Shown: in pieces, positions 10,512 through 19,389 of the stretch
Layout: the number at the start of each line of letters is the position of its first letter
Numbering within the stretch: position 1 is the first letter of the stretch
Origin: Bacteroidales bacterium
Lineage (GTDB): Bacteria; Bacteroidota; Bacteroidia; Bacteroidales; UBA10428
Length of the DNA: 64,000 bases
Direction of reading: 5' to 3'
Assembly (NCBI GenBank): GCA_016935355.1
Contig: JAFGRC010000009.1
Location: 16,057 to 80,056 of the forward strand
The notes under the pieces: generated by a model
Database searches by the model: none
Told to the model about the DNA's origin: nothing
The model's input: the letters and a program-made list of their open reading frames with translations, nothing else
Made by a program: the position numbers and the translations under genes

Positions 10512-10918
10512 CAGTCATTTGGATGTTAATTCCACGATACAGTTTTTCTGATTAGCTTTAAAGCATACGGATTTCATAAGGGAAACCGGAATGAATATCC
10601 GAATTTCATGATATTTTGTCAATTGATAAAGTTAATACACCATTATTTGATAACCAATTTGCCTTCAATTCCGTATTCATGAAACACCCATGTAAAATGA
10701 TTTACACAAACAAGCCTGTTTATTTGGATGTTCTCCCGATTGTGTCGGGATAAACTATACGACCATTAAAAGTCAAAAAAATAAACGTATGAAGCCTGAC
10801 AATCTGTTCATGCCTGTTTCTTCTTAATGATTCAAAATATAATTATTTGCAAAAGAGATCGGAAAATATAAATCCCGCCATTTGTCTCCCTGGCATATTC
10901 CCGGCCACCTTTAAAAAC

Positions 10919-13900
10919 ATGCTTCCTGTCAGGAGTCTAATCATCCTTACCATCCTTATATTCACTATTTTTTCTGATGTTTATGCCATCACATTGTATT
11001 CTTATCAAACCGGAGACTGGGACAATGCCGATACCTGGACCACGGATCCGGGAGGTACGACACTCACAGGATCACAGGTTCCGGCAGCAGGTGATGCTGT
11101 TTATATATTGTCTTCACGGACCGTCACGCTTACATCTGATGTAACAACAACCGGACTGACTATCGTCATCAACAGCGGAGGCATTCTTGCACTGGACAGT
11201 TACCAGTTTACGAATACAGTCGATTTGCTTGCAGGCCAAGGCATCCTCAGACTGACATCAGCAAATTTCCCGGTTGTAACGACAAATTCTTTTGTCAATT
11301 CCGCAGGCGGAACCACTGAATACCGCAATTTTACCGGTGCACTTACACAGGATACGTATAATCATCTCAAAATAATCAAGTCAGATGAAAACAGCGCCAG
11401 CTACACGGTTACGATCGGCAGTGACCTGACCGTAAACGGTGATTTTCACATAACCCGCACCCAGGGTACAGGGACCATTACCACAACAATTGGTAACAAC
11501 ACTACTGTACGTACCATAACGATTTCAGGAGATTTCAAAGTTTCTTCAGGCGGAATTCTCAATACCGGCAATTTTAATGCCATCCACAACATCAGCCTGA
11601 GCGGGGATCTTTACAATTACGGATCCATTGATCTGAGCAATTCGGCGCAATATGCAGCCGCAACGAACGGAGCTGCTTCATTCACTTTTTCGGGTGCGTC
11701 GGACAACAGCCTGCACTGTGCCGGAACGACTGATTTTTACCGGTTTATACTGGACAAGGGAACGGACCGTACCTATATATTAACGGTAACATCGACCGAT
11801 GCGTCATATTTCAGACTTCTCGGACCGGTTTCTTCAACCGGCGGCGACTGGAGTACACTGCCATTGATACTGCAGAACGGTACACTGAAGCTTCGCAGCG
11901 CAGTGAACATTCCTGTTCTGGGCAGAGATACGGAAGCAGGCGATATCAGGGAATTCCACATTCCCGGAACGGCAGGATTGTGGATCGACGGTGCCAACGT
12001 TGCCACATCCGATGACGAAGGCGGCTGGAGGGGCATGACGGTATACGGACTGTTCCGCATCTCAAGCGGAACATTTACCAATCAGAATAATACCGGTGGC
12101 ATTACATATTTCGGAAATATAACCCAGCCGGGATATCTTCTCATCGAAGGCGGCACGGTTTATACCACGCAGGTAAAACAGGCCGATGTTAACGGAAGGG
12201 TGACGTACCACCAGACAGGCGGTTCACTCAGAATAACCGGTTATTCTGATTCAAGAGGTCAATCAGCCGTATTTGCCCTCCCAACGGAAGACTTCGTTTT
12301 CAACATGTCGGGTGGAAGCATTTATATAGCCGGGGTCAATACGACCGCCACGAATGGCATCGATATTCGTGTGGGTGCATCCAATTACAGTGTCACCGGT
12401 GGCAACGTGACCGTGGTGCGTCCCAGTGGCGCGGATGACCAGACCAACTTTGAGATATATTCCACCATACCATTTTATAATCTGATATTAAAGGATACTT
12501 CAGCAGCAGGAACGCAACTGAATTACATATTACAGCATGACCTGTCGGTCCTCAATGATTTTACCCTGCAGGAAAGAACACTCAATGCTGTAAATTTCAA
12601 TGTGTCAGTCGGTGGTGATTTTATAATTGCCTCCGGTGCAACCTATACTCCGGGCACCAATACAACTATATTCAATGGTACAGGTGATCAGACATTTACG
12701 GGTAACGGAACCATTACTTCGGGATTTAATAAGTTGAAGATTGACAAACCCTCCGGCACAATAAGCCTGTCAGGAACACCGGCTTCATTCACAGTCCGTG
12801 ACTCACTGCAAATCCATCAGGGAACACTTGACGACGGAGGTAAAACCATAAATGCCGAAGGCCATCTGTATGTGGCCGGAATTCATACAGGGACAGGCAA
12901 AATTGTATTAAACGGCTCCGGAAGCCAGACACTGAATTTTGAGATATTCGGTACTCCATCTCTGGGGAATGTGGAACTTGACAATGCGTCCGGCGCAAGT
13001 CTGCACAACAACGGTACAATTGAAAGCTTTACCTTCACTGACGGAATGATGGATCTGGTCCAGTACAGGCTGACCGTTAAGACAACACCCATTGCAGGTT
13101 TTTCCGATACCCGGTATTTCCAGACCAACGGCATTGCCTCAAACGGCGGACTGAGACTTGCCGTGGATGCGTCCACACTTACAACCGGTAACAGTCTTGT
13201 TTTTCCGATTGGTGTATCAGGGAAATACACTCCTTCCACCATCATTGGCGGTTCATCACCCGGAACCGGAACAGGGTATGTTACTTTTGTTCCTGTAAAC
13301 TCCGTTCATCCGTCAGAAAATCCAAGTGGCAGACATCTTAATTATTATTGGAGATGCAGTGCATCAGGCATGCCGGCAATATCAAATGTTTATTACCAGT
13401 GTTACAACAATATTGGTACCGACTGGGAAACTGGTGTCAACAGGGCTTATACTTTAATATCGGGGACAACAGGATGGAATATCGGAAACAATGGAACTGC
13501 AAACCAGCCAAATGTAACGCTTAACGGAGTCCCCAATTCCAACGGATTTATTTCTGCTGATATTACTGCGGGCAACAATGGTGCGTTTAACAATGTAACC
13601 GCTTATTATTCAATAGCTTCAGGCGCATTTAATTCAAATTCTGTCTGGTCAAACGAAAGCCATACCGGACCTGTCGCAACTCATGCTCCTTCAAATGCAT
13701 CCGACATCATTTATATCGGAGGTGATGCGGCAACATCAAGGAACGATTCCATTTGGGTTACTGCCGGTTTCAGTGCATCAAGCATCACGATCAACGGCAG
13801 TTATACAGGTGACGATCATATGCCTGTGCTGAACATACAGAACAACGGAGGATCCATTAATGTTGATGTTATTAAAGGTGGTGGAAAATTTACCACCACG

Positions 13901-16900
13901 TCAGCAGTGATACCATCAGCAGATTACGGTGACTTCACCAGTAGCAGCACGGCTGTATTCAATTATCACGGTGCCACCTTCACTTTGGGCACTACGGTAA
14001 CATCCTATCCGAACCTTCTGATTACGGCGACTGCAGCCAACCGGATAAAAACCCTTCCCAATACCAACGTTGTAGTGAACAGGAATCTTATCCTGTCAAC
14101 GGATGCAACCGGTAATACCTTAAGATATAACGGTACTGGCGGCAATTTAACTGTATACGGAGATGTAAAAATGCGCAACAGTTCCAGACTTCAGCTGGAT
14201 GGTACAACAGCCAGGAATCTGGTGTTATACGGTGATATCAATTTTCGTTATCTGAATTCGGATGATTCCAACACCCTTGGTGTTAACTCCGGCACTGCCG
14301 CTCACCAGATTAAATTTTACGGTGACAGCATCATTATGGGACAATCCAGCATAAGTCTCACCAACAGCATCATGACCGTATATGATCCCGGAACTGCTGT
14401 GGTAACTGATAGAACCGGAGGCTCGGGAACCATAACACTGAGCAGGCTGGTCATCAGCAAGGATGTTCCTGCAGATACGGTTAAAATCAACCATCCCTTG
14501 GTACTATCCGGTTCCACAAACGGATCGGTAAAAGCACTGGAATTATCAACAGGCCGGCTTGAACTCAGCAACAGTAATATTGACATTACATTAAGCAGCG
14601 GCGGAGCGGACTTCAGCATTCCGCAAACCGCAGCACTGGTTGTTCAGGATGGATCGGTTGTCAGGGTAACAGGAAGCAACACGGGAATAAGTCTTGACGG
14701 ATTGTTACGGGCCGAAGATAACGCCCGGATCCATCTGGGTGATGGCAGCACCTCTGATAACCGCTACATCGAATATTCGGCTTCCGGAAATGCAGTGATC
14801 GAACTTGCCGGTAATTCAGAATTGCTGGTAAACTCACAGATCAGGCGTTCCTTATTCCAGACGAGCGGAATACTGAAATACCGGCAATACGATAACAGCA
14901 GTGCAGTAGTTTATGGACGTGGAGCTGATGTGACGCGGGCAAAGCTGGAAATTGAAAATACCGGCAGTGCGTTTACCATGTCGGGTGGAACACTAACCAT
15001 CGTAAGAGGCGGGGGAATAACGTTCGGGGACCTTTATCTGCGCCCGGAATCAGGTTCAGCTACGGGCGGTACCATATATCTCGGAACACAAAATGTCGGG
15101 TTCCAGACCCTGAACGTTGACGCAAACATTGCCCTGAACAACCTGACTCTAAATGGAACGGGAGCTGCGAACACACTGGAAGTCATGGTAAACCCGCTGA
15201 TCCTGAACGGGGACCTCACCATCAGCAATACCAACAGTTACGTTACAACCAATAATATAAATGTGTCTGTTAAGGGGGATTTCATCAATAACGGCACCTA
15301 TACACCGGGAACGAACACAACGACATTAAACGGTGACTTACAATCAATTGAAGGAACAACAAGCACCCATTTTTACAATCTGGTTGTGAATCCTTCCACA
15401 TCTGTCACACTTGCCAATGATATTACGGTAGACAATACACTGACCATAAACAGCGGAACTTTTTCCACGGAAATTCATGATGTAAATGCAAAAGCTAATG
15501 TTGTAAACAACGCACTGCACACCAGTGATGGGAGTTCTGGAGGGATCTTGCTGAATGGTACAGCACTTCATATTTTATCAGGTACAGGGACATACGGAAG
15601 ACTGGAACTTGATAACAGTTCAGGTGCCAGGCTTCAAAGCAGCATCTCAGTGAATGAAGACCTCCTGCTTACCAGCGGTGTACTCGACATCAATCAATAC
15701 CTGCTGAGTCTGGGCAGCAACAGTGACATTGTGGGAAGCGGTTTCAGTGCGGCAAAGATGATCAAACCCGACGGCGTTTTATCCAATGTTGGCATACGGA
15801 AGTCGTTCGGAGCAGGACCTGCTGCATTTACTTTTCCACTGGGCGTGACCGGCAAGTATACGCCTGCTGAACTCACCATTATTGATAACACTTCGGCGGG
15901 CTCGATCAGGGTAAATGTGATCAATGACAGGCATCCGGCTGTTACCGATCCCGATAACGTACTTCAATATTACTGGGAAGTGGAAAGTTCGGGAATTTCT
16001 GATTTTGAAGGCAACGTGCAGCTTCATTATGCAGATGCAGATGTAATGGGTTTGGAAAGCGAATATGTGGCAGCAAGGCTGATTGTTCCTCCGGGGACTG
16101 ACTGGAGTAAAGCTGCACCGGGAGCTTCCACTGACAATGTGGACGAAAGTCTGAATACCATTTCATTTGATTTTCCTGCCGGTACATCAAGCCTGGGAGG
16201 TGAATATACTGCAGGGACCGATGAGGCAATACCTGACGAGGTACCTGTTTATACCAGCAATTCCGATGGTGAATGGGATGATGTGAATATATGGACGCCG
16301 GTTGCACCGGCAGGGGGTCCGAATGGGTTTATCGTGATCATCAGGACTGAAGACTCTGTCTCAACAAATGGCAACAAACGGTTTGCATACCGTACGACCA
16401 TAAACGGCACACTGGATGTCGGTTCTTCATATGGTCATAACCTGGGCAATGTGAATGGAACCGGTAAACTTTATCTGAGCGGTCCTGTACTTCCTGCCGG
16501 CAGGTTTACCTCATTCCTTTCCTGTTCAGGCGGCACACTGGAATACGGAGGAAATACTGACTATACCATCATTGCCGACCGCATTGATACGGTAAGAAAT
16601 CTGTTTTTTACGGGTACGGGCATCCGGACGCTTCCGGATAAAGACCTGGTGGTCTGCGAACTGCTGCAGATAGATGGTCCAACGCTGAATAATGATGATT
16701 TTGATCGTAAAATAACGCTTTTCGGTGGTATTGAAAGAGTGAATACCGGAGCATTTATCAGCGGAGACGGTCCGGGAGCAACCATTTCTTTTAAAGGCAC
16801 CGCTCCGCAGGAGATGGGTGGTGCTGCAGGTAATTTTACCGGTACCAATGCTTTCAACAACCTGGAAATTGATAACGGCTATGGATTGACGTTGAACGGA

Positions 16901-18259
16901 CCGCTTGAATTAAACGGTAATCTTTTGCTTACGGATGGTGTAATCACCACGACTTCCGCCTGTCTTTTGTCCATGGTTGAATGGAACACTATAGTAGTCC
17001 CTTCAGCAGGTTCATCTGAATCATTTGTGAACGGACCCATGTCAAAAGATATTTTTGCCGGAGACGATTTTAATTTTCCAACAGGTAAAGGTTCACGTTA
17101 TGGCGTGACGGGGTTGCTGGATGCGGGCCAGGGTGCCTGGGAAGCTGAGTATTTTAATACCGGTTATGCATCTTCAGATGTCACTGCACCCCTAACGGAA
17201 GTAAGTTCGACAGAATACTGGCATATTGCCGGTCCGGCCGGAATGCAGGCATATGTTAAACTGCGCTGGGATGCACAGAGTGATGTTACACCCCTGACCA
17301 CTCAGAACGGTATCGGTGATATACGAATTGCCGAGTACAATACCGGGACCTCAAGCTGGGTAGCAAAAAGCACGTCTGCTTCAGGTGATGATTATGATGG
17401 CACGGCTCTGACCACGGTAAAGATGGATCTTGATGAACACGATTATACACTTGGATCGGTTTCCACCTTGAAACCAAGGGCCGGTTTTCTGAGTACGGCA
17501 GATGCCTGCACCGGAGATGACCTCTTTGTTGTTTTCACCACCATGGCTGCTCCCTATGTGTTTACTTATTCTATAGATGGCGGAGCCGATCAACCGGTAA
17601 CCACGTCATCCAATCCATACACCATAAATACTTCTGTTGCTGGCAGATACAGACTGACAAGCTTCACAGGCGGAGTGGTGGATACAAATTCCGTAATGGT
17701 TTATGAATCGCCAACAGCATCAATAAGCAGCAGTGACGGTGACAATACGATCTGTACAGGAGAAAGCGTGACCTTTACGGCCGGCGGAGGAACGAACTAT
17801 AACTTTTACGTAAATGGTATTTCCGTCCAGAACGGTTCATCGGCTACATATGTCAGTTCTTCGCTGACGGACGGTAGTATCATCTATGTTGTGGTCACCA
17901 ATGCATCAGGATGCGCGGATTACAGCGAAGATATAGCCATGACCGTACATGCAGGACCGGTTCCCGTAATTGACGGAAGTGTGATCACATGCACGGGCGA
18001 TATCGAAACCTACACCACGGAATCAGGCATGACAAACTACAGCTGGACCGTCATCGGTGGAATCATATCAGCAGGCGGTACATCAACGGATCATTCGGTG
18101 ACCGTCACCTGGGAAACTACGGGTACGCAATCGGTTTTTGTCAACTATGAAAATTCCTACGGATGCAGTGCAGTTGACGATACGGAGCTGAATGTTGAGG
18201 TTTACAGGAGACCGGAAACCGGACCGGCATATCATATTCCGGATAATCATTATGAATGA
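10919..18259 (+). CDS. giant secreted repeat protein (beta-helix-like adhesin) with C-terminal Ig/PKD-like domains; no T9SS CTD recognised
   Basis: The track start at 10847 is a TTG. The ATG at 10919 gives the signal peptide MLPVRSLIILTILIFTIFSDVYA. The protein is rich in T/N/G/S and has three super-repeats (see findings). Three Cys-initiated Ig/PKD-like domains occupy 17460-18199. It ends in ...VYRRPETGPAYHIPDNHYE. Confidence 0.8.
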   Translation: MLPVRSLIILTILIFTIFSDVYAITLYSYQTGDWDNADTWTTDPGGTTLTGSQVPAAGDAVYILSSRTVTLTSDVTTTGLTIVINSGGILALDSYQFTNTVDLLAGQGILRLTSANFPVVTTNSFVNSAGGTTEYRNFTGALTQDTYNHLKIIKSDENSASYTVTIGSDLTVNGDFHITRTQGTGTITTTIGNNTTVRTITISGDFKVSSGGILNTGNFNAIHNISLSGDLYNYGSIDLSNSAQYAAATNGAASFTFSGASDNSLHCAGTTDFYRFILDKGTDRTYILTVTSTDASYFRLLGPVSSTGGDWSTLPLILQNGTLKLRSAVNIPVLGRDTEAGDIREFHIPGTAGLWIDGANVATSDDEGGWRGMTVYGLFRISSGTFTNQNNTGGITYFGNITQPGYLLIEGGTVYTTQVKQADVNGRVTYHQTGGSLRITGYSDSRGQSAVFALPTEDFVFNMSGGSIYIAGVNTTATNGIDIRVGASNYSVTGGNVTVVRPSGADDQTNFEIYSTIPFYNLILKDTSAAGTQLNYILQHDLSVLNDFTLQERTLNAVNFNVSVGGDFIIASGATYTPGTNTTIFNGTGDQTFTGNGTITSGFNKLKIDKPSGTISLSGTPASFTVRDSLQIHQGTLDDGGKTINAEGHLYVAGIHTGTGKIVLNGSGSQTLNFEIFGTPSLGNVELDNASGASLHNNGTIESFTFTDGMMDLVQYRLTVKTTPIAGFSDTRYFQTNGIASNGGLRLAVDASTLTTGNSLVFPIGVSGKYTPSTIIGGSSPGTGTGYVTFVPVNSVHPSENPSGRHLNYYWRCSASGMPAISNVYYQCYNNIGTDWETGVNRAYTLISGTTGWNIGNNGTANQPNVTLNGVPNSNGFISADITAGNNGAFNNVTAYYSIASGAFNSNSVWSNESHTGPVATHAPSNASDIIYIGGDAATSRNDSIWVTAGFSASSITINGSYTGDDHMPVLNIQNNGGSINVDVIKGGGKFTTTSAVIPSADYGDFTSSSTAVFNYHGATFTLGTTVTSYPNLLITATAANRIKTLPNTNVVVNRNLILSTDATGNTLRYNGTGGNLTVYGDVKMRNSSRLQLDGTTARNLVLYGDINFRYLNSDDSNTLGVNSGTAAHQIKFYGDSIIMGQSSISLTNSIMTVYDPGTAVVTDRTGGSGTITLSRLVISKDVPADTVKINHPLVLSGSTNGSVKALELSTGRLELSNSNIDITLSSGGADFSIPQTAALVVQDGSVVRVTGSNTGISLDGLLRAEDNARIHLGDGSTSDNRYIEYSASGNAVIELAGNSELLVNSQIRRSLFQTSGILKYRQYDNSSAVVYGRGADVTRAKLEIENTGSAFTMSGGTLTIVRGGGITFGDLYLRPESGSATGGTIYLGTQNVGFQTLNVDANIALNNLTLNGTGAANTLEVMVNPLILNGDLTISNTNSYVTTNNINVSVKGDFINNGTYTPGTNTTTLNGDLQSIEGTTSTHFYNLVVNPSTSVTLANDITVDNTLTINSGTFSTEIHDVNAKANVVNNALHTSDGSSGGILLNGTALHILSGTGTYGRLELDNSSGARLQSSISVNEDLLLTSGVLDINQYLLSLGSNSDIVGSGFSAAKMIKPDGVLSNVGIRKSFGAGPAAFTFPLGVTGKYTPAELTIIDNTSAGSIRVNVINDRHPAVTDPDNVLQYYWEVESSGISDFEGNVQLHYADADVMGLESEYVAARLIVPPGTDWSKAAPGASTDNVDESLNTISFDFPAGTSSLGGEYTAGTDEAIPDEVPVYTSNSDGEWDDVNIWTPVAPAGGPNGFIVIIRTEDSVSTNGNKRFAYRTTINGTLDVGSSYGHNLGNVNGTGKLYLSGPVLPAGRFTSFLSCSGGTLEYGGNTDYTIIADRIDTVRNLFFTGTGIRTLPDKDLVVCELLQIDGPTLNNDDFDRKITLFGGIERVNTGAFISGDGPGATISFKGTAPQEMGGAAGNFTGTNAFNNLEIDNGYGLTLNGPLELNGNLLLTDGVITTTSACLLSMVEWNTIVVPSAGSSESFVNGPMSKDIFAGDDFNFPTGKGSRYGVTGLLDAGQGAWEAEYFNTGYASSDVTAPLTEVSSTEYWHIAGPAGMQAYVKLRWDAQSDVTPLTTQNGIGDIRIAEYNTGTSSWVAKSTSASGDDYDGTALTTVKMDLDEHDYTLGSVSTLKPRAGFLSTADACTGDDLFVVFTTMAAPYVFTYSIDGGADQPVTTSSNPYTINTSVAGRYRLTSFTGGVVDTNSVMVYESPTASISSSDGDNTICTGESVTFTAGGGTNYNFYVNGISVQNGSSATYVSSSLTDGSIIYVVVTNASGCADYSEDIAMTVHAGPVPVIDGSVITCTGDIETYTTESGMTNYSWTVIGGIISAGGTSTDHSVTVTWETTGTQSVFVNYENSYGCSAVDDTELNVEVYRRPETGPAYHIPDNHYE

Positions 18260-18399
18260 CGTCCAAAAAATGAATTACAAACCAGAAGAATAACATGAAG
18301 AAGAATAACAAACATACGATAGTACACTCCAAATCTTTAAACGGATCGGAGAAAACCCCATTGAAATAAAAATTTTTATGAACTATTAAATTGATAAAA

Positions 18400-19371
18400 A
18401 TGAGAAAAATGAAAATTTTGAGATCGGTTTTATGCGTTGAAGCTGCAATGCTTTTGAGCGTCAGTGCTTTCAATCAGACAACGCATGACGGTTCCACGGT
18501 ACCTGCTGCCGGAGTTGTGACATACACGCCCAGCACAACGGAGGCGACCACACACATGACTGAAGGAACAACTGTTCCGGTTTACGCACTGCCCGATCCG
18601 TATTATCATCCGAATTATGATGTGGAAAACGCGATTTTCACGTTAACAAATGGATTTACGTGGACATGGTCCGGTACAGCCGTTGATAACCTTACGGTCA
18701 ATCAGGCTTCCACTGATGACAACTATGTTACCGTGACTGCGGCATCCGGTGATGCCGGCAGCTATGTGCTGTCGGTGACGGAAAATGCACCCGCACTTTA
18801 CGGTGGTTGTTCGGGTCCACAGGTTGACCTGAATATTGTGGTTCACGCGGAACCCGGTGTGACAATGGGAGGTGATGCCACCTATTTATTCTGTGCAGGT
18901 GATGCGGGTCTGCCAGATGATATCCAGACTATTATTTCCGATGGCTGGCAGCAATACCGGCTGGTCTGGTCGCTTGAAATCGCAACCCTGGATGAGCTTG
19001 GTGCAAAGGAATTTTATTATGATGATGAAAACGGCACCAATCGCGAAGGTGTACAGAAATATGCTGAGGAATATACAACGGATACTCCGCAGAGTATTGC
19101 AGATGCCGGATCTGCTCCGGATCTCATGACTTTTGGTGCATTCAATGTGATCAACAATGGGACCAGAAATGCTGTGACTGTGTATACGTATACGCTGACC
19201 GGCATTAACGACCAGGCTTCAAGGTTTGGTGATTTCATCGATTTGGCCGGTGACGATTCGGATGCTAGTGCATTTACATATTACGCTGCCGGTGAAACAG
19301 TAGTTGTGACGGTTTATCCTGCACCTGTAACCGGCCCGATCTATCATATTCCGAACAACTGGGCACAATAG
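18400..19371 (+). CDS. secreted PKD-like domain protein sharing the C-terminal TGPxYHIPxN motif
   Basis: Signal peptide MRKMKILRSVLCVEAAMLLSVSAFNQ (ATG at 18400 or 18409; the track TTG is at 18391). A PKD-like module ends in GGCSG. The protein ends in ...VYPAPVTGPIYHIPNNWAQ. Confidence 0.7.
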   Translation: MRKMKILRSVLCVEAAMLLSVSAFNQTTHDGSTVPAAGVVTYTPSTTEATTHMTEGTTVPVYALPDPYYHPNYDVENAIFTLTNGFTWTWSGTAVDNLTVNQASTDDNYVTVTAASGDAGSYVLSVTENAPALYGGCSGPQVDLNIVVHAEPGVTMGGDATYLFCAGDAGLPDDIQTIISDGWQQYRLVWSLEIATLDELGAKEFYYDDENGTNREGVQKYAEEYTTDTPQSIADAGSAPDLMTFGAFNVINNGTRNAVTVYTYTLTGINDQASRFGDFIDLAGDDSDASAFTYYAAGETVVVTVYPAPVTGPIYHIPNNWAQ

Positions 19372-19389
19372 TGAACAGATTTTAAAATT

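Noticed and set aside
10847-10918. N-terminal extensions from non-ATG (TTG) track starts at 10847, 3041, 18391, 23127, 42985, 53083 and 56748.
   Set aside because: In each case a downstream ATG gives a canonical signal peptide or a conserved N-terminus. At 56748 the extension overlaps a terminator, and at 10847 the TTG lies in a promoter-like TTATTTGC element.
18212-18223. The P-E-T-G / P-V-T-G core of the shared C-terminal motif resembles a sortase LPXTG signal.
   Set aside because: No hydrophobic segment or positively charged tail follows the motif; only 8-11 hydrophilic residues do. There is no Leu at position -2, the organism is a diderm Bacteroidota, and no sortase gene lies nearby.
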